64,000 nt of DNA from Chara braunii (GCA_003427395.1 BFEA01000006.1:6138580-6202579); one strand, 5' to 3'; numbered from the stretch's first letter, positions 40,709 through 51,927 are shown. The notes: generated by a model not told the origin, from the sequence alone. Translations and numbers: made by a program.

Positions 40709-41659
40709 TTAACTGGTCTAAATCTGTGTTCTTCCTCCCTGCCCCTCTCTCACCAGTGGCAAATTGGGGAATGAAAAGAATAGTCGTCGGTAGCTCCGAA
40801 CGCTTTTTAGGTGTTCAGGTAGCCCTACTATCCTGTACAGTGGACTAAGAAGGAATACTTCTCCAGCACACACTGCAGAGAGTTTCTACCTGGGGAAAAG
40901 CCCCACATCTTTCTCTTTATGGCCGCATTATGGTGGTCAATGGGGCTCTTTTTTCCCTCCTCTGGTTCGTTGCTGTAATCCACCCTCTGGGGAGAAACTT
41001 ATGTGCCTCAATTCGAAGACGGGCTTCCAGGTTTATTTGGAAGCCCTTTGCCAACGACATTGATAGTTTCATGTCGAAAGTTGCTTGGGAACTCCTATGC
41101 TTTCCAAAGGAAGAAGGGGGGATGGGTTTAATTGACCCGCAACGTAAGAGCATAGCAATGTTAGTACGCTGGATCATTAGGGCTGTAAGCTCAGAGGAAG
41201 AGACACACTGGATTTCCTTGGCGGAAACCATCTTGGGCCTGGAATGGAACCTCTCCAGACCATCAGATACTTGGACGTGCCTCCTGCTACCCTCCTTTCT
41301 GAACAGAAACATTAAATCGGAATTCTGGAAAGCCATAATTTTGGCCTGGAAAAAGCTGCTACCTAACTCCTGGCTTCAGCCAACTACCAAGTCAGAGGTT
41401 CTCCTGCAACCACTGTTTGAGAACCCTCATATTCGGCATACAGACGGTAGGTGGTTTGCTGCTGATCACTCTCGGCAAAGCTTCGGAAGGAGATGGATAG
41501 AGAGGGGGATTTTGAGAATTGCATACCTGTGGAATGAGTGGGAAAATCAATGGCTGTCCCCAGCAGCACTGAGGGAATCTCTCGGCTCAGTGTGGTATGT
41601 TGAGGAAAGAATGTGCGGACTCATTGAGGCTATCCCAGCTTAGTGGAAGTTCATCTTAA

Positions 41660-41811
41660 ACCACCAGTACTTCCTACAGTCGCGTAGCGTTAACGCTACG
41701 CAATTTTAGGAAACGTACGGGCCACTACAGGAGCGCCCAAATTCATCCAACTAGAAACGTTTCTACTCTATTTATTTTCCGCGGCCGATAGCTGGGCCAA
41801 GTACTGGTGGG
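41660..41811. mobile_element. Second copy (152 bp, opposite orientation) of the TTAA MITE
   Basis: Reverse complement of 40558-40708; TTAA at 41656-41659 and 41812-41815; excision restores frame FILSPEGIDPPGTWY. Confidence 0.93.
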
Positions 41812-42973
41812 TTAAGTCCGGAGGGGATAGACCCCCCAGGCACCTGGTACGTTAGTCGCCCAATTGAGTCCTCCCCAACCCTCTGGAAACTTTTGAATAT
41901 TGACACCTCTGGCAAACGAACTTTCCAGTGTTGGAAGGGTAGTAGTCCTGAAAAGCCCGTTATCCCTCTGCAACAGGTAGGTCCCTCTCACCCACCCTTA
42001 ACAGCCGAACTAGCCCAAGCCCGTGTTTGGGAAGTGTGTGATGATGATGGGAAGTGGACCTGCAGAGTTTTTGCAGGGGGAACAGCGATCTCAGATCTTA
42101 AATTAGATCCAAAAATGTGGGGCTGGAGAGGGGAAGGTTTCGATGGTGATGACCGGGCCCTGGTATTCTACTCTGTTGAACAAGGTTACCTGGCCCAGAA
42201 GCCTCCTCGTACGCCTGCGTCAGTTGCAGTTGCTAGATGGAGACAGGTTTTGAATTGTGACCCAGAACAGATTGAGAGGAAATTAACTCGTTGCTGGGGT
42301 CAACTGAAGATTGCTCCTTTTCCTAGATTGGCGGTGAATCTTTGGCTTTTGTCCCTACTTGCTACCCCTTCGGCGGTGAACCTGTTTCAAAGAGGAATGA
42401 AGGTGGAATTGACTTGCAAACGCTGCAGTTGGGCATATGAGTCCACCACTCATCTGTGGTATGACTGCCCAGCATCTAAGAGAATTTGGGACTGGTGGCA
42501 GTCCTTTTGGGACGGTACCGTGGGTGGCAACCTGTTATGGGACCGCGAAAGGGTTCTCCTCGGTGGAATTCCTGATCACATGGATCTCAAAAAGGGCTGG
42601 GGCTATATAGCCCAAGCAGCCAGAGCGGCAGGGTGCTGCGTCATTTGGAAAGAAAGAAACCTGCGGATATTCGAGGACCGAGAAATGACAAACAAGGAAA
42701 TCAGAGTTTTATTCAGAATCTTCTCTGAGAAGAATCATTCAAGCCGATTGGAGAAGGAAGAACCAAGGATCTTGGTTCGGGGAAACTTGGGGCACAGGCG
42801 GGAAATTGGCGAAGCTTGAAGAAGGGAAATTGGTGTAGAAGTAGGATAGTCTTGAGTAGGAACCTGGTACTCTGTTCTCTTGATCCGCAGGAGGATGGCA
42901 GTCGGGCATACCAGTGGAGGGAGTACGTGACAATGTCGTGGTCCATTTTATGGACCATCCCGTCGTGTTAGAC

Positions 42974-43009
<36 letters not shown>

Positions 43010-43180
43010 AGAGCGGGCTTCAGGACAGCGGCGGCCTCGATTTGGTCACCTCTGTTCCTAGATTTTCCAGTGCTCTCTTGTGTTTGTTGAACGAGCTCGA
43101 GGCTCATAAGCGAAACTGGCTGATGCTGCCAGGATAACTCCGGCCTCGTTTTGACCTGATAATAAAGTAAGGATTTTGAG

Positions 43181-43215
<35 letters not shown>

Positions 43216-43805
43216 GGGAGGGGAATTGAGAGAAGAAAAAAAAAAATTGAGAGAAGAAAAAAAAAAAAACATGGATTGGGGCAAGCGACGGGGCCGGGAC
43301 GGGGCGGGACGAGGGCGGGACGGGAAGGCCCGCCTATGGGGTTGCTTGCATACTTCTTGTTGTTGTTGCGTGGCTGTGACACTGCGGTTTTGAACGAATT
43401 TTCGTAGATTGACATCAACGGACAGAAATCCACGCAACGTGGTTTGAAAGGTTGTTGCGGGGATTTGAGTTGATGTCAAATCGAGCGCACATAAATGACA
43501 TGACAATTCGGGTGCTGTTTGACGACGACAGCAGCACTTTCCCTCTCACACGGGTCAGCGGAGGGGGGCACAGCCATCAGCATTGGCAGGGCGGAAGGCA
43601 AGGAACTTGCGCGGGCGGGGAGAGGGGGGGTGGGCGTGGGAGGACATAGTCATCAGAATCGCGTCTCGAAGGAGTAGAGCGATCATCAATTCACAGGGGC
43701 CAGCAAGGAGCAGGACGGGCCGGACACACAAAAACTGGGCGCTGCAGATGTGGAGGGGCTGACTTGACAAGACGCATACTCTTCTTCTCGAGAATACCAG
43801 AGACC

Positions 43806-43822
43806 ATGTCACCTTGTCCTCG
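43806..43822 (+). CDS. PMK: Phosphomevalonate kinase, probable coding exon 1 (MSPCPR)
   Basis: ACCATG start, ATGTCACCTTGTCCTCG|GTATAT donor in phase 2, matching the phase-2 acceptor at 45684 to give MSPCPRVIASAPGK. Confidence 0.65.
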
Positions 43823-43832
43823 GTATATATGT

Positions 43833-43840
43833 TCTCTCTC

Positions 43841-43910
<70 letters not shown>
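43833..43910. repeat. (CT)n microsatellite at the start of intron 1
   Basis: Direct reading. Confidence 0.97.
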
Positions 43911-43914
<4 letters not shown>

Positions 43915-44402
43915 TAACTATATGAGGGAGGCATGGTTGTGACAGATACTTTCATCGTCTTTCGCTGACTCATCCGCAGGTTGAATCCTTTTTTTAAAAT
44001 TTTAATGAGAATCTTCTGGGTCTGTCTGTGTGGGTGTATTGTGTTCGCGACGCTCTTATCGAAGAAAGAATGATTAACCAATGAGTACTCGTCTGTATTG
44101 TTTGTTTTGTATCTTTTTTTTTTTTTTTTGTGTGTGTGTGTTTGCGCGCGCGCGCGCTCGTGTGTGAGAGACACAAGCAGTAAATGTGTCGGAATCCCAC
44201 GTAGAGCATGACCTCATCACGTCGCTTAAATGACAGACAGACGGCATACATCTTTATGCAATGAACCCGTAGTCTCTGCGTTTGCCCATTGCCCATGAAG
44301 GATAAACAATAATAATATCCCTAATATGATCACCAGGAGATGAACTATTGGATATGGACACCGAAGGTATATACATATTGATTTCTGTTTTTATATATGT
44401 AT

Positions 44403-44884
44403 GGGTTCAGCCTCCTGATGAGTCGGTAGGTGAAACTCCGACGAAACAGTTTGTCACAGCCCCTCGGTTGTTGTCCTCTTCTCCCTCTCTGCCTACGGTT
44501 TACCGGGCAGCTCTGTTTGACTAGATATCGTCACAAGCAGAACTGCCCGGTAAACCGTAGGCAGAGAGAGAGAAGAGGACAACAAACGAGGGGCTGTGAC
44601 AAACTGTTTCGTCGGAGTTTCACCGACTCATCAGGAGGCTGAACCCTCAACAGTCTGCAGAATCCCCTCACTGATTACACTGTAAATGATAATCTACCTT
44701 AACCAAAATCAAAGTAGACTATCACTCATCCACACCAGATGGAAAACTCTACAGACTGTCCGTTCACACCCCATCACAAGCCAGGAAAACATCCACGAAA
44801 CAAAGAAAGGTCTGTCACAGCCAAATATATATTGTCCTCGTCTCCCTCTCTGCCTATGGTTTACCGGGCAGCTCTGTTTGACGA
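44403..44884. mobile_element. Hammerhead-containing fold-back retroelement remnant (Penelope-like/retrozyme-like)
   Basis: Inverted pair 44403-44521 and 44528-44646, third partial copy 44813-44884; TA-rich flanks; no ORF. Confidence 0.72.
44600..44657 (-). ncRNA. Type III hammerhead ribozyme
   Basis: CAGACUG-UU^-GAGG guucag CCUC-CUGAUGA-GUCGG ugaaacu CCGAC-GAAA-CAGUUUG: all core nucleotides and stems I, II, III present; GUU cleavage triplet. Confidence 0.9.
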
Positions 44885-45242
44885 TATATATATATACATA
44901 TATATTTCTTGTGTCTTCGACAACTGTGGATTGCGTGTGGATCTCCATGTAGGAGGAGGCTGTGCTCAGCTTTTTTTTTTTTTTTTTTTCCCTCGAGGAT
45001 ACTACTTGTCTCACTCACCCTTCTTTTTGTTGTTCTTGAATTTTGTCATGTATTGCCTTTGGCAAGGCTGTTGCGCCACCCCCGCCGGTTTCGCCCAAGA
45101 CGAAGATCATTATCTGGTCCCAATTCTGTGTCTTGTGAGCGGAGTCTTTCTTGGCGGAAAAAAATTGAGTCTTCCTTCGCCACCCATCAGAAGGTTGGCT
45201 CTTTTGTTTTAAGCCTGGCTCAAATAATCGTCGATCTCTAGT

Positions 45243-45273
<31 letters not shown>

Positions 45274-45684
45274 AAGAAGAAGAACAAGGGGAAAAAAAAA
45301 AGGTTGGGTCAAGGAGTTCAACGCGAAGAAAAAGGAAAAGGAGTGTTTGACGCTTTTCGTCTTCCTTTTTTCTTACCCTGTTCTTTTGGGGAGTTGTAGG
45401 CCTAGCTCCGCTACTCGCGAGATGCACAAAAATACAGAAATCATGGCGGTGTATCTTTCCATGTTCAAGCGGAAGATTCATTCTCGTGTTTGCGCATGTC
45501 GAGACTAGTGGAGCGAGGACCTGTTTCTCTGGTGGGCAACGAAGAATCCATGTCAACTGGCAGCTCACTCCTTGCAGGTACAACAACTGATGCGTTTTTG
45601 TTTCTTGTTATGGGTTTTTATTTTCACTTTTTCATTTCTGAATTTTGTTTTGTTATATGTTTGATTTTGGCCATCTGGTTGTAG

Positions 45685-45835
45685 GGTGATTGCCTCTGCT
45701 CCTGGCAAAGTGCTGGTTACAGGTGCTTACTTGATTTTGGAGAGGCCCAATGCAGGCCTGGTGCTGTCCACGTCGGCACGGTTCTTTGCCGTCTCGGAAT
45801 TTCTGAATGATGCTGCATATCAGCAGATTGGGGAG
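45685..45835 (+). CDS. PMK: Phosphomevalonate kinase exon 2 (GHMP kinase N-terminus); the rest of the gene is not seen in this window
   Basis: VIASAPGKVLVTGAYLILERPNAGLVLSTSARF matches the plant PMK N-terminus; TGTAG acceptor and GAG|GTGAGG donor. Confidence 0.92.
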
Positions 45836-46010
45836 GTGAGGGTCAGGTGCACATGCCCTCCTATCCTTGTATGTGCTAGGTGGTGTTGGCTGCCTTTGAT
45901 TCTTCTTTTTCGACTTGAGAAAGTAAAAAAATCCCTGCAGGCTGCAGGTATGAATGAATGAATGAATGAATGAATGAATGAATGGATCAATCAATCAATG
46001 AATCAACCCA

Positions 46011-49000
46011 TGGCTTTAGTCGATGGTGACTCGTTGCTACCATTATAGTTTCCAACCAGTGGTTGAACCCTTCTGTTCAATGACGAATCAATTTCTCGAA
46101 GGCCGTCTCAATTTCTCGAAGGCCGTCTCGATAGCTCTCTGTTGGTCCTCACAGTTGAAGACTGACTTCTAGGGANNNNNNNNNNNNNNNNNNNNNNNNN
46201 NNNNNNNNNNNNNNNNNNNNNNNNNNNNNNNNNNNNNNNNNNNNNNNNNNNNNNNNNNNNNNNNNNNNNNNNNNNNNNNNNNNNNNNNNNNNNNNNNNNN
46301 NNNNNNNNNNNNNNNNNNNNNNNNNNNNNNNNNNNNNNNNNNNNNNNNNNNNNNNNNNNNNNNNNNNNNNNNNNNNNNNNNNNNNNNNNNNNNNNNNNNN
46401 NNNNNNNNNNNNNNNNNNNNNNNNNNNNNNNNNNNNNNNNNNNNNNNNNNNNNNNNNNNNNNNNNNNNNNNNNNNNNNNNNNNNNNNNNNNNNNNNNNNN
46501 NNNNNNNNNNNNNNNNNNNNNNNNNNNNNNNNNNNNNNNNNNNNNNNNNNNNNNNNNNNNNNNNNNNNNNNNNNNNNNNNNNNNNNNNNNNNNNNNNNNN
46601 NNNNNNNNNNNNNNNNNNNNNNNNNNNNNNNNNNNNNNNNNNNNNNNNNNNNNNNNNNNNNNNNNNNNNNNNNNNNNNNNNNNNNNNNNNNNNNNNNNNN
46701 NNNNNNNNNNNNNNNTGTGCCTTAAACGAGGTTATCAGGACTCCCAGAAGGCTAGCACCAGTACAACGCACTTTCCCCCTTACATTGATGTCAGGTTCAC
46801 CCGTTCGCTTTCGTCTTACTACCGTAGAAAAGTGACTGGCTTTGTAACATGGGCTGAACAGAGTATAGGTCTTACCTGGCGAAACACTGGCTCTTCCCAC
46901 TTATTATCACTAGCTGTTCATACCGTGCCAGTTCACAGCGGTGGGACAGAGACCAAACAGACTAATATTCTTGACGTCAACTATGGAGTCGAGGGAAATG
47001 CTTCATCTCCCTCCTGCTCTTACGTATATTATTACTATCAAGCCATCACATAGCACCAGGCACGTTTTCCAGCCCGCTCGTTCACACACAAAAGAAAAAA
47101 GAAAAAAAAAAGAAAAAAATCGGGAAAACATTTTGACAATAGCATTATGCTCATCGCTCTCCGGCCGTGCGGACTACTCGCGCGAAGTCTCTCGCGTCAG
47201 CCCGTCCAGGTAACTGGTGGCGACAACAACAACCCGCTTACACAGCTAGCGCCTTGCCACTCTGATTCCGCTCGATCTGCAAATAGCGAGCAAACATATC
47301 CCCTTTCTCATCTCACCCATTCGAAGAAGGCAACATTGAAAGGTCACGGGACCAGAAAAGCGCGAGCGAACTCAGACCTCTCCTCGGGTGAAAAGAGGGA
47401 CGATCGTCCAACATACAGTAAAGAGGGGGGAGCGCCGATCCCTCAAATTGTTTCACGACTTCCGTCTTTTCCCTTTTCGCTTGGCTGCCAAGGCAGGTGT
47501 AGTTTGGCAGTATCTCGCGAGCACCCCTACCTCAAGCCCGTGCTCTCTCTGCACGCATTGCGTCGCTCAACCTCTCCGTACTGTCAAGTTGCGTTGTCCC
47601 TCTCGACAACAGCGCGTACACTACATTACTTTCCCCGCACGCCGTGATCACTGGTGGGACACGACTATCATAAACTTGCAGAGGATGATGACGTCAACGA
47701 GTCACGGGGCACCCCACGTCTGGTTTTTTCTCTCTTTTTCTGCCCACCTGAGCCGTGACACACACTCGTCGTCTCGCTGGCTGCCCACGTGTAACCGCTT
47801 TGACCTTCTCTTCGCGGCTCGCTTGCATGTGTTGACCTCTGGCTCCCCTCTCTATCTCTCCCACTTGTTATGATCACTCACACACCCTTCCTTTTCCTCC
47901 CGCCTTTCTTGTCCCACGTCCTCTGGGACTCCGCTGCCGCGAGCAAGCCTCGGGCTCGCCTTCCACAGGTTGTGCCAGAGGGTGGTTCTTGCGAACCTGG
48001 TCCGGCCTGTTCCAGGACTGAAGGTCAGTCTCCCGGTCTCCAGCCTCACTCATCTCACTCTCGCCGCCTAAGTCCCTGTCAAGGTGGGCTTGTTCTCGGT
48101 CCACCGTGTCTACTGAGGTCTCAGTCTCATGATACGCGACCGTTACCTGCATCCTCGCCGTCACCCCGTCCCTCCTGCAGCGTCGCTCGGCCCGATCCTT
48201 GGCTTCCGTAATAGCGTCTTGCAGCTTCGCGGTAGTTCTCATCTCTTCCTCCTTAACCCCCTCCACATTAATCTTTAGTCTCAGTTCGTCTCCCCCATCA
48301 TAACTGAGCATCACCGTAATCCAGGGCCCTTCCCTAGACATGGGTTTCCAGCGCGTTTGGAGGTACCAGTAGCCTGGTCTATAGCCGTGCAGTGCCATAG
48401 CCAGACTTTTCTCAGCACACCTTGCACCAGCCCAGTTTACCGCCCCAGAGTAGTCAGGGCCAAACCGCTCAGCGTGCAAGCAGACGCACACTAGCAATCT
48501 CCCGTTCGCTCGCTAAGGCTGCCTAGCCTCCCACCAGCAATAAGCTAATACTCATCATAGCGAGGTCGCTCAGGCCTAGCTTGCTAACGCCAGCCCCTTT
48601 TCCCTCTTATAAGATTTACGTTTACCGTGATCCTCGCGCTCTAGACGAGGGGTCAAATTGAATAAAGTCAATTACTAAGATAAAAGAAAATACTTTATTA
48701 AGAGGAAAGAGTTAAACCCAACAGACAACAGGGAAAATTAAAAGGAGTACGCCAACGGTCGTAGGGCCAGCCTCTTGCTCAAAAGGACCGCTGTGCTTAG
48801 CACGATGGTCCTATAACGGAACCCCGACCGACGCTCCGCTCCCTTAAAAACGAACCACCGGCCTGTCTCTTTCGGGTACCCGTGTCTGTTGGCAAGGAGG
48901 GGGTTCATGACCTCCTATAGGGGGTGATGGGCTTCCTACCGATGCGGTCGTGGGTCGCCCCTCTTTTGGGGCCTCACCGTGCGGGGCTCAACCATACAGC

Positions 49001-49261
49001 TCATTCACAGACGATATACGTGGGGTCAGCCAACTTAGGCCGCGGACCACTGAGCTCAGAATTGGAACCGTTGGCCTTTCCCGCGAAATGACAGGCCAAC
49101 AAGGGAAAATTGAAATAGGAAAATTAGCAACGGTAGTAATAATGATAATAACAATAATGAACAAAAAAAAGAAAGAAGGGAAACACATCGCCGCCGTGGC
49201 CAGGGGTCACTAGATCGTTCCAGACTAAAGCAAGAGTCTGGATCGGTGCGCGGACCTGACA
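46011..49261 (-). repeat. 3' LTR, ~3.25 kb including the gap
   Basis: Minus strand starts TGTCAGG at 49261 directly after the purine tract and ends AAAGCCA at 46011. Confidence 0.75.
46176..46715. other. Assembly gap (540 N)
   Basis: Run of N. Confidence 1.
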
Positions 49262-49282
49262 CTCAACCCCCTTTTCCTCCTT
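49262..49282 (-). promoter_or_regulatory. Polypurine tract
   Basis: AAGGAGGAAAAGGGGGTTGAG immediately before the TG LTR start. Confidence 0.75.
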
Positions 49283-49978
49283 TCTTTTTTTTTTTCCTTT
49301 TTTTTTTCCTTTTCTGTTTGAATGCAACAACGAGCTTACGTACCTAACCCATAACCTGGTTAGAGGGCATTCGGCGCGCAGTAGAAAAGACTGCGCCGGT
49401 CCCTCTACCTTTGCGTCCCTGGGCGAACCCGGTGGCTACCACGGCCACAGGCCGGTAGTGCTCTGCTGTACAGCAGGGCGCCGAACCTGCGTGGACCAAA
49501 GGAAAGTCCAATGGCGCACCCTTTTATTAGGACAGACGCCAACCGGACTGGTCCTTATCGAAGTTCAACTTAGGTGCCAGGCCTGTAAAGGTTCGGAACA
49601 CGCCTGAAAAGCAGCGAAGGTCGGGACAGGGAAGTGGTACTGGGTAGGAATCTGGCACACAGGAGGGTCGGGACACCGCGCCCTCCGACATGATATCAAA
49701 CCCCCACCTAGCGTCCCCGCTGGGTCAAAATGTGCCGGTTGAAGAGTATAGAACAACGCACAACTTAGGGTTCTCATTCATTTTCAGTACATCACAGCGA
49801 TTCATCGTAGTGCTCTTGCGCCGATCATCGGGCTTTTCTCGTCATAGTGCTTTTTTTTCCTTTTCTCCTTCCTTTCGTCAAACACTTAGCTTAACCGTGA
49901 GACCTGCGCCTCACAGATTTTTGCTGTACACCTTTTCTCTTTCCGTTTTCTTCTTCAAGTGGCACTCAGCCTCACACC

Positions 49979-50449
49979 ATGCCTGAGGCACGTAGGGGAC
50001 AGGGAAGAGGAAGAGGAGGGAGAGGGGGCAAGGCTCGGGAGGAATCGTCGGTCCGTGCTCGGCGTGACTATAGCTCTGAGGAGGAGGAAGAAGAGGTACG
50101 GGGTTATGGAGCGCACTCAAGGTCTTATCCGCGCCACGCGCTCTGTGCATGGTACGAAAGGACTCCATCCCCGGAAAAGATGGAGTACTTCCGAAAAAAA
50201 ATTGAAGCGCGCTATGGCGCGGCTAACACTTCCTCACCTCCTTACACTCCTAGAGCCCCTATCACTCCCACGGCAAGGAAAGCCCTAGTGCCAATTCCAC
50301 TATCCTCTATCCCTTGCACAGTTTTTTCGCCCTCTCACTCCAGTAACTGCATCCTTTTCAGCATCTTCTTTCTCCTCTCTCTGCTTCAGATCGAGCTCAT
50401 GACAATTTTCTATATCCTGTATAGGCGTGATTTTTTCTCAGCTTTCTGA
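49979..50449 (+). CDS. Antisense ORF of unknown function within the Gypsy 3' region (possibly longer and decayed)
   Basis: CACCATG start; RG-rich then acidic N-terminus; frame continues past TGA stops. Confidence 0.45.
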   Translation: MPEARRGQGRGRGGRGGKAREESSVRARRDYSSEEEEEEVRGYGAHSRSYPRHALCAWYERTPSPEKMEYFRKKIEARYGAANTSSPPYTPRAPITPTARKALVPIPLSSIPCTVFSPSHSSNCILFSIFFLLSLLQIELMTIFYILYRRDFFSAF

Positions 50450-51118
50450 ATCTGTTTCTCTTGGAAGTTTTCGGCTCACGCATCACTCATAGCGTCCCTG
50501 GCTTGAGAGTTTGAACACCTTGAGGCCGAGGATACAGGTTCCTCGTGAACCAGGCCGCTTGTCGGCCACCAAATAAATTTAAGAAGGATTATGTTTCCAC
50601 CTTCAATCTGAATTTTATGACAGAGAAAGGTTACCTTAACCTTCACCTTGGCTGTAAAATCGAAAACATTGTCGGTCTGATACCAATACTTGTGGTAGTC
50701 GTTCAGTCTGCCATGCTGGGAGTAGGGCATACCAAACCCTTTTTCTGTTTTCTGGCCTGAGTGAGATACCTTCTCAGTTTCTCAAGTGACTCAGGGGATA
50801 CCAAACCCTGTCTTTTTTCTCTGGTCTGAGAGAAGCATCTCCTCATCTTCTCAGACAGGGAAGAGGGATACCGAACCCTTTTTCCTTTTCTCTGGTCTGA
50901 AAACTTTAGGTAAGTCGTTGTATACTTGCAAAACAGCGAATTCCACAGACAACGGACTATGCCCCAGCAAGCCGACTACCGGACAATTAACAGTCAGGCG
51001 ACAAGTAAACAGGGAAAAAAAAAAACAGAATAAAATAATAAAATAATAAATACAGCAAACGATTCTTCACACCCAAGAGTTATTGATTGCCTTGATTTTG
51101 GACCACCACTGGCCAGGA

Positions 51119-51927
51119 ATGACAGACGTCCCGTCAGTTTGACATACCTCATTCGGCCCGCCTCAGGTCAGGACGAGTTAGACCATTTGTCTTGACAACC
51201 CCTTTGACCTGCATCCAAGTCAAGACCAGCCTACCCACTACTCGGGTATGGTAGCCCTTCGGCACTCTTGCTAGGACACTCAGACTATAGCGGCTCTGGT
51301 CACCCTATGACAGTAGACGTCCCGTCAGTCAAACTGCCCCGAACCCGGATTCGACCACTGAGGTCGGGGACCGGCTCACCCACCAGTTTTTGGCCAAGGG
51401 CGCTGGCTGCCCCGCCCAGATTTTTGAACGTAGGACCCGGTCTAACTACGATTCAAGGCTCTGGCGAACCTTACTGGATTGCATCCTCTGACTGCGGTAG
51501 GGTTCCAGCTGACCCCTTTCGACCTCACAGGCCAGACCCCCGGAGTCTTAGCCGCAGTCGACTCCGGAATTCGACATTCGCGTTGGGGACCTGCTGACCC
51601 CACCAGATTGCAACCTACTGCGGTAAGGCTCTGGCTGACCCAGACAATCAACGCATCTTTAGGCTAAAGAAGAAGATCCCAACCACAAACAATCAGGCAA
51701 ACATACTATAACCTACAAGCAGACTGCCAATGCCCCATAACAGGACAAACATTTCTCAAGAGACGTCCCTTCAGTCTCAAGAGGTACTGAACAGCAACAT
51801 GATAACCAACACCAAGCCCCTGCAGGAGGCCTCCCTTCAGTCTCAAGAAGCATGCTTAGTGTTGGCCCCAGAGAGGTCCCTTCCCTCAGCTGGGAATTTC
51901 TTTTCCAAGAGACGTCCCGTCAGTCCC
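51119..51927. repeat. Five stem-loops with conserved 9-nt loop GTCCC(G/T)TCA
   Basis: CAGAC/GTTTG (51123), AGTAGAC/GTCAAACT (51312), GAGAC/GTCTC (51760), GAGGC/GTCTC (51826), GAGAC/GTCCC (51909). Confidence 0.7.

Larger units (their letters stand above)
38367..42819 (+). pseudogene. LINE ORF2 (endonuclease/reverse transcriptase), interrupted by stops and two MITEs
   Basis: TWNIRGL, CLQETK, SIYAP, GDWN, KAPGDDG, NWRPISVLN, DLKKAYDRV, LRQGCPLAPLLF, LADD, CKRC...HLWYDC. Confidence 0.95.
35903..43170 (+). mobile_element. Near full-length L1/Tx1-type LINE, inactivated
   Basis: ORF1 with CCHC knuckle, ORF2 APE-RT-zinc finger; AATAAA at ~43161; 3' end approximate. Confidence 0.93.

Noticed and set aside
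44403-44460. Second active hammerhead on the + strand
   Set aside because: Core CTGATGA/GAAA is present but the upstream cleavage triplet and 5' strand of stem III are missing, and no type I stem I can form
45400-45577. Additional PMK exon
   Set aside because: Has AG/GT borders and an open frame into exon 2, but 178 nt would shift the frame after the phase-2 exon 1 and the peptide has no PMK similarity; at most a cryptic exon
46169-46900. 243-aa ORF
   Set aside because: Artefact of translating through the N gap
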